Shown: positions 7,586 through 17,628 of the stretch, piece by piece | How positions within the stretch are numbered: the first letter of the stretch is position 1 | Layout: the number at the start of each line of letters is the position of its first letter | NCBI GenBank assembly: GCA_041651095.1 | Contig: JBAZJV010000005.1 | Span: 1,160 to 65,159, forward strand | DNA from: Patescibacteria group bacterium | Lineage (GTDB): Bacteria; Patescibacteriota; Patescibacteriia; Patescibacteriales; UBA12465 | Direction of reading: 5' to 3' | DNA: 64,000 nt | The notes under the pieces: generated by a model | What the model saw: only the letters and a program-made list of their open reading frames with translations | Databases searched by the model: none | Told to the model about the DNA's origin: nothing | Made by a program: the position numbers and the translations under genes

Positions 7586-7616
7586 GAAAAACGGTCCAAA
7601 TAGGTTTGGACCGTTC
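7586..7616 (-). terminator. intrinsic terminator of the 138-aa orphan gene
   Basis: 11-bp perfect stem AACGGTCCAAA/TTTGGACCGTT with a 4-nt loop, followed by a short U-run on the minus strand. Confidence 0.75.
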
Positions 7617-7621
7617 AATTA

Positions 7622-8038
7622 CTAAAGCATTATTCTAAAAGTGCTACCGTCTTCTTTCTCACCCCAGTATTCATTTTTATCATGCTTGAATACGCAGGAT
7701 GCCTTTATCGCGCCTGCTTTAACGGCTTTAATAACGTCCATGCCCCATCCGGCCGGGACGTAACAATCATTGTTAAAGTCATGCGAACTTTGGCTACCAT
7801 CTAACCATTTAAATTCTCCGCTAGTTGCATAATACATTCCGAATGGTCTATTACTTATGTTGGATAGGGCTTGGAAAGATTTTACCAGTTCCAGCGGTTC
7901 TAAATAGATTTTGCAACGCTGGAGTTTTAATAGGTTGTTGATGACCTTGGTTAATTCTTTAACTTTGTGCCATCCCCAACTACGATCCTTTAACTGATAA
8001 ATTGCCGGGGCGATTTTAATTCCTGGAGCTACTTTCAT
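7622..8038 (-). CDS. hypothetical protein (AT-richer orphan)
   Basis: 138 aa. Strong SD AAGGAGG 5 nt before the ATG and its own terminator. No family recognised. Confidence 0.6.
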   Translation of the reverse strand: MKVAPGIKIAPAIYQLKDRSWGWHKVKELTKVINNLLKLQRCKIYLEPLELVKSFQALSNISNRPFGMYYATSGEFKWLDGSQSSHDFNNDCYVPAGWGMDVIKAVKAGAIKASCVFKHDKNEYWGEKEDGSTFRIML

Positions 8039-8226
8039 TTTATCCTCCTTACCGTCTTCTGACGGCTATCTAAGAGTAATTGAGTTATTATAAAGCTCTA
8101 AATAGATTAATAATACTGCCACAGATCTTCTGCAGCAACAAATTTTTGTTTATTATGCATTATTAAAGGTCTTTTGTTATGAATAATGTAACATATTACC
8201 TATTAAATGTCAACATTAATTAAATA

Positions 8227-8255
8227 TTGACAAATATAACTATATATGGTATAAT
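8227..8255 (+). promoter_or_regulatory. consensus sigma70 promoter (TTGACA-17-TGgTATAAT)
   Basis: -35 TTGACA at 8227-8232, 17-nt spacer, extended -10 TGG-TATAAT (TATAAT at 8250-8255). Confidence 0.7.
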
Positions 8256-8274
8256 TTTTAATTCTTTAACAAAA

Positions 8275-8331
8275 GTTTGTGATTTTCGATTTTAGGCCTC
8301 TTTTTGAGTCCTCGGGCCGTAAATCACAAAC
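8275..8331 (+). promoter_or_regulatory. structured 5' UTR element (11-bp perfect long-range stem) of the asparaginase-like gene
   Basis: GTTTGTGATTT (8275-8285) pairs with AAATCACAAAC (8321-8331). An inner imperfect hairpin AGGCCTC-ttttt-GAGTCCT lies at 8294-8312. The SD AAGGAGG (8346-8352) is outside the stem. Confidence 0.45.
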
Positions 8332-8360
8332 AATAAACATTATCCAAGGAGGATTCCCCC

Positions 8361-9593
8361 ATGAATAAGAGAGATAAACAAACTTTGTCACGACTGCTGA
8401 CGGGCTTTTCTAAAAACAAAATCTACCAAGCTCAAAAGAAAGTCGTCCTGCCTTATTCTAATCTTAACGAACTGCCAGATTCGGTTTTGGATCAGATCGC
8501 TCAACTACGGAATGACCGCCCGGTCGTTTTCGTCCTGTATTATGGCGGCACGATCGGCATGGTTAAACTGCAAGCCGCTTTGCACAAAGATGTTTACAAG
8601 CCGACCAACGATGCCAAAAAACTGCTTGAACCGTTGGCTATCAAAGGGCTAACCGAAAAAGTGCAAGTCGTTTGGGTACCGGTGTACACTAAGGCTATCG
8701 ATTCTACCAACGGACGCTGGGTCCATTGGGTCAGTATCGGTAATGCCATCCGCCTGCTTTACGATATTGCTACCGGTTTTGTCATCTGCGGTGGCACAGA
8801 CACTATGGCTCATATGCTGGCGGCCATGAAATTCATGTTTCCTAATATCGGCAAACCAATCATTGGTACCGGCGCTCAGATTCCGATGGTGGAACTCGGC
8901 GATGATGCTACTAATAACCTTTATTTCGCCATCACTGCGGCAGTCAGCGACCTCAGCGGCCCCTTCCTGATGTTCGGCGACCAGTTGATGGAAGGCTGCC
9001 ATATCCATAAATGGAAAGATAAACGGCGCGACGCCTTCACCTGCCCTGAACAATATCTGTTGGGACGCTATTATGACAAATTAGTCATTTTCCCCAACGC
9101 TCCCCGACGCAATCCGATTGTTACCTTGCCGCGCTTGATTTACAAACCAAACTTCCGCGAAGGAGTAAACGTTCTTAAGATAAGCCCGGCTACTGCTTCT
9201 GAATCTATCATCCATTCCGCTTTAGATCCGACCTGTAGCGCGTTGCTGCTCATTACTTATGGTGCCGGCAATGTCCGCGATGAAAGAATCATCAAGGCTG
9301 AAAAAACGCACATTGAATGTCTCTGGCGCTTACGCGAAGCTAACTATCCTGTAGTCCTGGGTAGTCCGATGACCGACGGCGTAGTAGACAGTCCTTATCT
9401 AAGCGGCGCTTTAGCTGTTTCCAAAAAACCGGGAGATGGTAACGCTATCTCCGGCGGCAGTACTACCGGTGCCGCGCTGGAAGTCAAATGCATGGCCGAT
9501 TTAGACTACTCCTGGGATGAATCACAGGAAATTCTCGACTATGATAAATTCGAGGAATTTATGACTACTAATCACGTCGGGGAATTGGACTGA
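8361..9593 (+). CDS. asparaginase/glutaminase-family protein (type I-like) with a ~55-aa N-terminal extension
   Basis: 410 aa. YYGGTIGM (TGGTI-type nucleophile motif), CGGTDTMAH (HGTDTM block) and KPIIGTGAQIPM...DATNNL. Confidence 0.8.
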   Translation: MNKRDKQTLSRLLTGFSKNKIYQAQKKVVLPYSNLNELPDSVLDQIAQLRNDRPVVFVLYYGGTIGMVKLQAALHKDVYKPTNDAKKLLEPLAIKGLTEKVQVVWVPVYTKAIDSTNGRWVHWVSIGNAIRLLYDIATGFVICGGTDTMAHMLAAMKFMFPNIGKPIIGTGAQIPMVELGDDATNNLYFAITAAVSDLSGPFLMFGDQLMEGCHIHKWKDKRRDAFTCPEQYLLGRYYDKLVIFPNAPRRNPIVTLPRLIYKPNFREGVNVLKISPATASESIIHSALDPTCSALLLITYGAGNVRDERIIKAEKTHIECLWRLREANYPVVLGSPMTDGVVDSPYLSGALAVSKKPGDGNAISGGSTTGAALEVKCMADLDYSWDESQEILDYDKFEEFMTTNHVGELD

Positions 9594-9619
9594 TTAATAG
9601 TTTCATACGTTATTTTAAC

Positions 9620-9655
9620 AACCTCAACCAAACTTAAACGGTTGAGGTTTTTTAT
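9620..9655 (+). terminator. intrinsic terminator
   Basis: AACCTCAACC-aaacttaaac-GGTTGAGGTT followed by a T-run. Confidence 0.75.
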
Positions 9656-9665
9656 TCTATTTTTT

Positions 9666-10400
9666 TTATTTTAATTTTGCCGTCCATAATAGCCGATGCG
9701 CCCCCAATATTATGCCCCGCCCTTTATCCTGCCGCTTGATCTTATCCAAATAAACTTTGTCTTTAGTTTGGGAAAACTCCGGAATGATCGGCGTCCGCAA
9801 CAGGATGCGCAGCACCTCCCGGAAAGCAGCGAAGCGTTGGTAATACAAATAATATTCCGACCAGAGCAAACGGAAGCCATAGCGTGTCAGCAGAGACCGG
9901 ACGTATCCCAATTTGCTTTCTCGGATCGGGTAGTTCTGGCCGCGCCCGAAAATCTTCTTTAACTTTATCTTGTCCTGCTCGCCGATGGTTTCCTCGGCCA
10001 ACAGGCCGCCCGGCTTGAGCACCCGCTTGGCTTCCCGCATGAACTCCGGGCCGGCCGAGAGCGGACCGCGCGAACTATAGATTAGATCAAAGGTCTTGGC
10101 TTTAAAAGGCAACTTGGCAGCATCTGCCACTCGGAAAGAGGCATTCTTAATTTTTAGTCTGATCCGATCCTGCTTGGCTGTTCGGATATAATCGCGGTAC
10201 ACGTCTACTCCCGTTATCCGACGGCATAAGGGGGCGAGACGCAAAGCTAACTCCCCGGAACCGCAGCCTAAATCCAAAACCGCAAAATCCGGCTTGACCA
10301 GCTTCATGAGCCGGGTCGGAAAATCGGGCGTCCGGCCGCGGACCAAGGTCGCGCCGGAACGGAATTGATAGCGTTTATAAGCTTTGGCGATATAAGGCAT
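9666..10400 (-). CDS. class I SAM-dependent methyltransferase
   Basis: 244 aa. Motif I VLDLGCGSGELA, then FDLIYSS and LKPGG blocks. Confidence 0.8.
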   Translation of the reverse strand: MPYIAKAYKRYQFRSGATLVRGRTPDFPTRLMKLVKPDFAVLDLGCGSGELALRLAPLCRRITGVDVYRDYIRTAKQDRIRLKIKNASFRVADAAKLPFKAKTFDLIYSSRGPLSAGPEFMREAKRVLKPGGLLAEETIGEQDKIKLKKIFGRGQNYPIRESKLGYVRSLLTRYGFRLLWSEYYLYYQRFAAFREVLRILLRTPIIPEFSQTKDKVYLDKIKRQDKGRGIILGAHRLLWTAKLK

Positions 10401-10428
10401 CGGCTAATACAAAATAATGATTTAAGCA

Positions 10429-11268
10429 TTATCTTATCAGCAAGGACAAGGCCAGAATCAACAAAGCAGTAACTACCTTTTTCACCGTGATTTTCTCACG
10501 CAGGAATATGGCGCCGATGATAAAGACGAAGATCGGCGTGACATTGGCCAGAGTGATGGTCACGCCGGCATTGCCGAGCGAGAGAGCAAAATACAAGAGC
10601 AGCCACTGCGCGATCACGAACAAACTCCTGATGAATAATATGCGGTATTGGCCGATGGCTATCTCTCTGATCGGAAAACGGAAAAACAGCAAAGAAAACA
10701 GGGCGATGATGCCGGCGCGGTACATATACAGGGTCGGCGAATTAATCGCGCCCAGATTAGTCAGCAGGATTTTCGCCGGAATGGCGGAAATGCCAAATAA
10801 GGCGGCAGCGATCAAAGCGGGCGCCAGGCTATCGGAACGGAAATTTTTAAAATCTCGGAAATCAATGGAAAAGAAGACGACTAGCAAGATAATGGCCACG
10901 GATAATAAATAAGTGGCCGGCGAGACGGCGTCGTTCAGGAAAAACCAGCCGGCCAGAAAGGTAAAGGCCGGCGCCAGAGACAAAAGCGGCGTGGCAATGC
11001 TGGCTTCGGTCTTCTCGAAAGTCTTGAAAAAGAAAAAATTAGCCACGGCGTCGATCAAGCCGACCAATAAGACCAGCTCGATCGCCGGCCAGCTGGGCGT
11101 GAAATGATAGAAGGCCGGGGAAAAGATCACCAGGATAGCGGCCATGGTTAGGAAGTTGATGCCCAGGAGATCCTTGGATTTAAGATTTTCATGCAATAAA
11201 ACGCGCGCCAAGACATTGGCGATAGCCGCCAGGAAGGCGGAAGCGAGAGCAATGAGCGTAAAATTCAT
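10429..11268 (-). CDS. EamA/DMT-superfamily transporter
   Basis: 279 aa, about 10 hydrophobic helices, with a two-fold EamA-like repeat pattern. Confidence 0.7.
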   Translation of the reverse strand: MNFTLIALASAFLAAIANVLARVLLHENLKSKDLLGINFLTMAAILVIFSPAFYHFTPSWPAIELVLLVGLIDAVANFFFFKTFEKTEASIATPLLSLAPAFTFLAGWFFLNDAVSPATYLLSVAIILLVVFFSIDFRDFKNFRSDSLAPALIAAALFGISAIPAKILLTNLGAINSPTLYMYRAGIIALFSLLFFRFPIREIAIGQYRILFIRSLFVIAQWLLLYFALSLGNAGVTITLANVTPIFVFIIGAIFLREKITVKKVVTALLILALSLLIR

Positions 11269-11313
11269 AATTTAACTTCGACCTCGAAGCTGGAGTGAGC
11301 GTGGTAGGAATGG

Positions 11314-12411
11314 TTAGATCAACTCATTCTCGATATTGATTTCGCCGTGTAGATCTTCCACCATCTTCTGTTTGATCTGTTCATAGCTGAAGTTCTGGGC
11401 CAAGAGCCAAGCCAGCTTAGTGGTCATGGATTCGATGCTCATGTCATAGGCCGGAATGGCTAGTTCCCTTTCCCGCAAGATTTTGCCGGACTCGTTGACC
11501 TGGAAACTGGCGATGCCGCTGGGGGCTTGCGAAGTCACCACGATCGGAATCTGTTTTTCTTTCAGGTATTCAAAGCCGGGCAAGAGGTGCTGGCTGGCGT
11601 CGCCGGCGCCGAAAGCGCGGAAGACGAAAGCTTTGATGCCGTTGTTTTCCACCAAAGTTTTGAAGATATCCGGTGACATGCCGGGAAACTCGGTCAAGGA
11701 AGCGATGCTCTTGGTATCAAAATCTTTCTTGACGCTCAGCACGCGGGACTGGATGGCCAAGGGTTTAGTTTTTGACAAATAAGAAATATGCTTATCTAAA
11801 GCGGTCGGCGAAATCCTGATAAACCGGCCGATCTGGCCGAGCGATCCGGTGATGAAAGACGAAAACGGATCATAATCGAAATCCGTACCCTTTTTCACCC
11901 GGACGCCGGAAATGATCTTGCTGCCGAAGACGGCCATGACGCCTTTGATCGGATGATAGCCCCAAACCGCCAGCCGCAAAGAATTGACCAGGTTGGTGGT
12001 AGCATCGGAACCCAGATAGCCCAGCGGCACTTGGGCGCCGGTCAAAATTACCGGCTTATTGATATTCTCTAGGGCAAAAGACAGGGCGGCCGCCGTATAG
12101 CCCATCGTATTGGTGCCATGCAAAACGATGAAAGCGTCGAAATCGTCATAGGTTTCGGCGATCTTAGCGGCAATAGCCGACCAATTCTCCGGCAGCATAT
12201 CAGAGCTATCCACATTGAACAGCTGGACGATTTCGGTCTGAATCTCGATATTCCAATTTTTCTTGACCACCTCGATGGAATTGCCGAGCACGGTCTGGAA
12301 ACTGTCCGGGCCGGACATGATTTTTTCCGTTACCTGATTGACGGCGACATTGCCGGCAATCGTACCGCCGGTCAGAATCAGCAAAATCCTTTTGGTTGTA
12401 TATTGGCCCAT
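11314..12411 (-). CDS. L-asparaginase, type I-like
   Basis: ILLILTGGTIAG, VLHGTNTMGYTAAALSF, KPVILTGAQVP...DATTNL. Start placed at ATG 12411 (MGQYTTKRILLIL...). The track ORF extends to 12498, but that extension has no family counterpart. Confidence 0.85.
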   Translation of the reverse strand: MGQYTTKRILLILTGGTIAGNVAVNQVTEKIMSGPDSFQTVLGNSIEVVKKNWNIEIQTEIVQLFNVDSSDMLPENWSAIAAKIAETYDDFDAFIVLHGTNTMGYTAAALSFALENINKPVILTGAQVPLGYLGSDATTNLVNSLRLAVWGYHPIKGVMAVFGSKIISGVRVKKGTDFDYDPFSSFITGSLGQIGRFIRISPTALDKHISYLSKTKPLAIQSRVLSVKKDFDTKSIASLTEFPGMSPDIFKTLVENNGIKAFVFRAFGAGDASQHLLPGFEYLKEKQIPIVVTSQAPSGIASFQVNESGKILRERELAIPAYDMSIESMTTKLAWLLAQNFSYEQIKQKMVEDLHGEINIENELI

Positions 12412-12424
12412 ATTTTTATGGTTA

Positions 12425-12444
12425 TTAGCTGATAAATCAGCTAA
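12425..12444. promoter_or_regulatory. 20-bp inverted repeat TTAGCTGAT-AA-ATCAGCTAA (candidate operator)
   Basis: Perfect 9-bp arms, 14 bp upstream of the asparaginase ATG (12411), in the divergent intergenic region. Confidence 0.4.
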
Positions 12445-12515
12445 TACCAGTTTATCACAGCCAACCGAATGTGAAAAGCGAATCCTGCGTATTAACATAT
12501 ATAAGACTGAAAAAT

Positions 12516-12866
12516 ATGCATAAATACCAAAAAGCCGCTTTAAATATCGCTTTCCTGACCATTATGCTGTCCGCTGGACTGCGGGGCAGGTATGTTGACG
12601 TGACGAGTAATGACCTGGATACAGACTTAAGCGGCGATTTGCGCCCGGGTTATGCCCAGAATCAGCAGGAAGAACTGCTTTCGGCTTTTGAAAATAATGA
12701 TTATCCGGCTTGGCGGAAATTAACGGCCGGCAAGCCGTCCGCTCCCGGCATAGACGAGAGCACTTTCCGGCGTTTCGTGGCCGCCCGGCAGGCCGCCCGG
12801 CAAGGGCAATATGGCAAGGCGATAAAATTGACGGAGAAAATCAAGAATGAACTGGGAATTGCTTGA
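12516..12866 (+). CDS. hypothetical small secreted/membrane-anchored protein
   Basis: Start placed at ATG 12516 (MHKYQKAALNIAFLTIMLSAG...), giving an N-terminal hydrophobic segment. No family recognised. Confidence 0.5.
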   Translation: MHKYQKAALNIAFLTIMLSAGLRGRYVDVTSNDLDTDLSGDLRPGYAQNQQEELLSAFENNDYPAWRKLTAGKPSAPGIDESTFRRFVAARQAARQGQYGKAIKLTEKIKNELGIA

Positions 12867-12940
12867 AAGAAGGTTAGAATTTGAACGCCACCTTAAAACA
12901 ACGCCTAAGGACATCAATCCACGGCAGGGGTTTTTATTAT

Positions 12941-12969
12941 TTGACATTACACCTAAAATATTGTAAATT
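12941..12969 (+). promoter_or_regulatory. candidate promoter TTGACA-17-TAAATT
   Basis: -35 TTGACA at 12941-12946, 17-nt spacer, TAAATT at 12964-12969. About 60 nt upstream of the 13030 start. Confidence 0.5.
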
Positions 12970-13029
12970 TACTATACTAAATCAGTCCTTTAAGAAAATA
13001 ACAAAAAAATCATAAACGCAGAGGTCGAT

Positions 13030-14034
13030 ATGGTAAAGATCTTTTTTGACGCTCGTCGGCCGGAATTAGTCTTCGCTCTGGCGGCGATATTAAAAAAAAT
13101 TGGTAACGAAATCAACGTAATCATACCCGCGACTCCCCGTACGCTATTAGAGGAGGAAAAAATCAACAAAATCGCCAGCACCCTGCCGGTCAGCGTCTGG
13201 GATACGGATAACAACATTTCCGTAGCTGACGGTGAGCCGGAATACTTCTACTTGCTGGGGCTCGGACCGGACAATGATACTGAAGCTGGTTATATCCATA
13301 GCTTCCTGGAGCTCCATGGCCCGGAAACGGAAATGTGGGTCGACGACCATCATAATTGGCCACCGGAACTGTTGCTTTGCGCCGGCGCTAACAGCGTGGC
13401 GGTCAAGATACACCCGGTTTCCTGTCTGGACCAGTTGAAAAAAATGGGCTATGAAATACCGCTCGGCTGGCAAACCGCCACTTGGGATTTCAGACTGGCC
13501 AGCCGCAACCAACAAGCAGAATTCTCTTTTGGGCGTCGATATTATCTGGCCCTGGTAGCCGGAACGATAATATCCAGCAATATTGATTACGAGCAGTATT
13601 ACTATGGCGGCGATTACCTCGGAGTATTCTGGGCTATCTTGAAGGAATTGCAAACCGGCACGGCAGACCCGCAATTAGACGCCTGGCGGGATCTAGCTGT
13701 ACTGATGGCGGAAGAAACCGAAAAAGCTAAACAGCTGGTCAGCCCGGATTTGGAATTTTTCCAGGAAGCCAAAGCGGCGGGCCGTCCAATCGGTTTCTTA
13801 AAGATTCCTGACTCGACGGTGGTTGATGTACAAGCCATTCTAGATTACGGCGTTAAAAAATACCCCTGGCTATGCGTCATCATCCACACCATGGGTGGTC
13901 ATGATTATCTGGAAATCGCCTCTTCCTACCTGGATATCAGGCAATTCTTGGAATATTATGACCACACGGATATCACCCAGGAGGATTTGTTCCGTTTAAT
14001 GAACGCCGAAGTTTTAAGAAAAAAGGTAAACTGA
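13030..14034 (+). CDS. hypothetical protein (contains a DDHH motif; DHH-phosphoesterase relationship uncertain)
   Basis: 334 aa. SD-like AGAGG before the ATG. The segment YFYLLGLGPDND...MWVDDHHNW is reminiscent of DHH motifs II-III, but motif I was not found. Confidence 0.5.
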   Translation: MVKIFFDARRPELVFALAAILKKIGNEINVIIPATPRTLLEEEKINKIASTLPVSVWDTDNNISVADGEPEYFYLLGLGPDNDTEAGYIHSFLELHGPETEMWVDDHHNWPPELLLCAGANSVAVKIHPVSCLDQLKKMGYEIPLGWQTATWDFRLASRNQQAEFSFGRRYYLALVAGTIISSNIDYEQYYYGGDYLGVFWAILKELQTGTADPQLDAWRDLAVLMAEETEKAKQLVSPDLEFFQEAKAAGRPIGFLKIPDSTVVDVQAILDYGVKKYPWLCVIIHTMGGHDYLEIASSYLDIRQFLEYYDHTDITQEDLFRLMNAEVLRKKVN

Positions 14035-14044
14035 AGTTAATCAT

Positions 14045-14074
14045 AAAAGCTCAACTAATCAAGTTGAGCTTTTT
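14045..14074. terminator. bidirectional intrinsic terminator
   Basis: 9-bp stem AGCTCAACT/AGTTGAGCT with a 5-nt loop, flanked by AAA and TTTT, between convergent genes. Confidence 0.75.
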
Positions 14075-14148
14075 CATTTGCTTATTTCGACTGTCGCTCG
14101 CTTCAGCCGCTGTCCCAGACTGATCGGAACTTTAGGCCTCTCAGTTCT

Positions 14149-15159
<1,011 letters not shown>

Positions 15160-15183
15160 AAATCCAAATGACGAATATTAAAA

Positions 15184-16299
15184 TCAGGCTTGTTTTTTCT
15201 TCAGGATAATCTTGACGATTTCGCTCCGGGCAGCGGTACGCAAGGGCGGGCCCCAGGAACCGGCGCCGGAATTGACGACCAGGGAAAAATCGCCTTTCTG
15301 GAAAAAGCCATATCCATGTCCCTGGTGCGCCCAGTTGACGATGTAATTGAAGGGCCAAAGCTGGCCGTCATGCGTATGGCCGGATAATTGCAAATCGATG
15401 CCGACCTTCCTGGCCAGATTGATATTCCTCGGCACGTGGAACAGCAGGACGCTGGGTTTGGCCGGATCATAGTTGACCTGGTTCAGGATCTCAGCTTCCA
15501 AGTTGAAATCGCTGTTAAAGGAATAACTGATGCCGATAATCTGCAAACCGTCGACCACGGTCATTCGGTTGTCCAGGACTTCCACCGGATTGCCTTCCAG
15601 GAGATCAATGACCCGGTTGAAACCCAAGTAAAGATCATGGTTGCCGAAACAGTAATAAATGCCTTTAGGCGACTGCAATTTGGTAAACGGATGGTTCAGC
15701 CAGCTGAAGTCGGACTCCATGCCGTCGAACAGGTCGCCGGTAATGAAAACTGCTTCCGGCTGCATGTCGTTGATCCGGTCGATCAACCGGGAAAAGAACC
15801 TTTTCCGATAGACGGCGCCCAGATGGACGTCGGAAAGATGGACGACGGTCTTATTGTCCCAGGCTTCCGGCAAATCCTTGATATAGACCGTGTATTCGGT
15901 AATCTTCGGTTTCCAAACGCGATACAGGCCGAACAGCGTCAGGCCGGCCGCACCGCCCAGGAACAAGATTTTCAGGAAGAGATCGGGCAAAGAGAAACCA
16001 AAAGTCCAGCCAGCCATCTTCAGGATGGCGACGAGGGCGGCGACCAGGCAAAGATTGAAAGACACGCCGACCCAGGACATAGAAAGAATATAATAATAGC
16101 GGGTCGCCCGATTATCCCATTTATAGACGACATAGGAGGAGACGATGGCGTTAACATACAGGATGAAAAGGGTGGCCGCGGTAAAGATCTGCCAATACAG
16201 GGACGTGATATGGAAAAAACGGATGAAAACATACCAAAAGGCCGCGTGCCCGGCAAGGAGGGCCAGCATAACGGTGGTGAAAAAGATGATCTGGACCAT
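15184..16299 (-). CDS. membrane-anchored metallophosphoesterase
   Basis: 371 aa. Several N-terminal TM helices, then HLSDVHLG, TGDLFDG, GNHD and SGHTH calcineurin-like motifs. Confidence 0.85.
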   Translation of the reverse strand: MVQIIFFTTVMLALLAGHAAFWYVFIRFFHITSLYWQIFTAATLFILYVNAIVSSYVVYKWDNRATRYYYILSMSWVGVSFNLCLVAALVAILKMAGWTFGFSLPDLFLKILFLGGAAGLTLFGLYRVWKPKITEYTVYIKDLPEAWDNKTVVHLSDVHLGAVYRKRFFSRLIDRINDMQPEAVFITGDLFDGMESDFSWLNHPFTKLQSPKGIYYCFGNHDLYLGFNRVIDLLEGNPVEVLDNRMTVVDGLQIIGISYSFNSDFNLEAEILNQVNYDPAKPSVLLFHVPRNINLARKVGIDLQLSGHTHDGQLWPFNYIVNWAHQGHGYGFFQKGDFSLVVNSGAGSWGPPLRTAARSEIVKIILKKKQA

Positions 16300-16329
16300 A
16301 TTTATCTGATATTTAGCGCCGGGGCTAAT

Positions 16330-17625
16330 TTATTTATCTCGGCCGGCAAAAGGCCAGTCCGCGTAACGGCCGCGACCGGCCAGTTCGGCTTCGATTTCGA
16401 TTAAACGATTATATTTGGCGGTGCGCTCGCTGCGCGCCGGCGCGCCGGTCTTGATTTGGCCGGTACCCATGGCCACTACGAGATCGGCGATGAAGGTATC
16501 CTCGGTCTCGCCGCTGCGATGGGAAATGACGGCAGTGAGTCCGTGTCGGCGGGCTAGCGTGATAGCGGCCACCGTCTCCGACAGCGTGCCGATCTGGTTC
16601 AATTTGATCAGGATGGAATTAGTCGTCTGCTCTTTTATGCCCCGCTCCAGACGCGGTACGTTAGTGACATAGAGATCATCGCCAACAACCTGGCCTCGGC
16701 CGGACAAGGACACCGTGAAAGCGCGGAAATTTTCCCAGTCGTCTTCGCTGAAGACGTCTTCCCAGGAATAAATCGGATAATTGGCCTGCAGGCCGCGATA
16801 GAAAGCGGCCAGTTCCGGTCCGGTCAAAGACTTATCTTCCTTCTTCAGATGATAGCGTTCGTCCTGATAGAATTCCGTGGCCGCGGCATCGATACCGAAG
16901 ATCACTTCCCGGCCCGATTCATAGCCGGCCGCTTTGACCGCCTCGGCCAGCAAAGCGAAAGTCTCTTCGTTGCTCTTGACTGCCGGCGCGAAGCCGCCTT
17001 CGTCGCCGACCGTGATATTATAACCCCGGTCCTTCAAGACTTTCTTCAAACTTTGATAGATCTCCGCGGCCATCCTGACCGCCTCGGCCATGGTCTTGGC
17101 GCCGACGGGCAGGATCATGTATTCCTGGATGTCAGTCGCCCAATTGGCATGCTTGCCGCCGTTAAGTACGTTCATCATCGGTATCGGCAGGACGTATTGC
17201 CCGGAAAAATCCGGATTGAATTTGCTTAAATACTGATACAAGGGCTGTTTCAAACCGGCGGCGGCGGCGCGGGCCGCAGCTAAGGAGACCGCCAGCATGG
17301 CATTGGCGCCGAGCTTGGCCTTATTCTCTGTCCCATCTAGCTTGATCATTAAGCTATCGATGGCGGCCTGATCTTCCGGATCCTGGCCAAGGAGGGCCGG
17401 CTGGATTTTCGTCAGGATATTATCAACCGCCGTCAGGACGCCCAGACCTTGAAAGCGCTTAGGATCATTATCCCGGAGTTCGACCGCTTCATGGCTGCCG
17501 GTGGAAGCGCCGCTGGGCACCATGGCCGTGCCGCTCGCTCCGTTATCCAAGATAACGGTCGCCGCCACGGTCGGATTGCCGCGCGAGTCCAAGATTTCCA
17601 AGGCTGTGATCTCCTGTATTTTCAT
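16330..17625 (-). CDS. eno: enolase
   Basis: 431 aa. Full-length enolase pattern ([43 protein letters not shown]). Confidence 0.97.
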   Translation of the reverse strand: MKIQEITALEILDSRGNPTVAATVILDNGASGTAMVPSGASTGSHEAVELRDNDPKRFQGLGVLTAVDNILTKIQPALLGQDPEDQAAIDSLMIKLDGTENKAKLGANAMLAVSLAAARAAAAGLKQPLYQYLSKFNPDFSGQYVLPIPMMNVLNGGKHANWATDIQEYMILPVGAKTMAEAVRMAAEIYQSLKKVLKDRGYNITVGDEGGFAPAVKSNEETFALLAEAVKAAGYESGREVIFGIDAAATEFYQDERYHLKKEDKSLTGPELAAFYRGLQANYPIYSWEDVFSEDDWENFRAFTVSLSGRGQVVGDDLYVTNVPRLERGIKEQTTNSILIKLNQIGTLSETVAAITLARRHGLTAVISHRSGETEDTFIADLVVAMGTGQIKTGAPARSERTAKYNRLIEIEAELAGRGRYADWPFAGRDK

Positions 17626-17628
17626 AGC

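Noticed and set aside
8117-8136. Imperfect palindrome CTGCCACAGATCTTCTGCAG, and AATGT-CA-ACATT near 8206-8217, in the divergent intergenic region.
   Set aside because: The arms are short or imperfect in very AT-rich DNA. There is no associated regulator and no second copy, so support is insufficient for calling an operator.
12412-12498. Track start of the asparaginase ORF at 12498.
   Set aside because: Asparaginases begin a few residues before the TGGTI motif, so the extra 29 residues have no counterpart. They would also bury the 20-bp palindrome and the divergent promoter region inside the gene.
15388-16404. 338-aa ORF on the plus strand, antisense to the metallophosphoesterase gene. Similar long antisense ORFs lie at 36944-37942, 21678-22445, 1417-2037, 24907-25407, 28299-28877 and 44590-45150.
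   Set aside because: Their translations are low-complexity and Arg/Gly/Asp/Ala/Pro-rich, with no motifs. Each lies exactly opposite a gene with clear family signatures. This is the expected shadow-ORF effect of GC-rich third codon positions.
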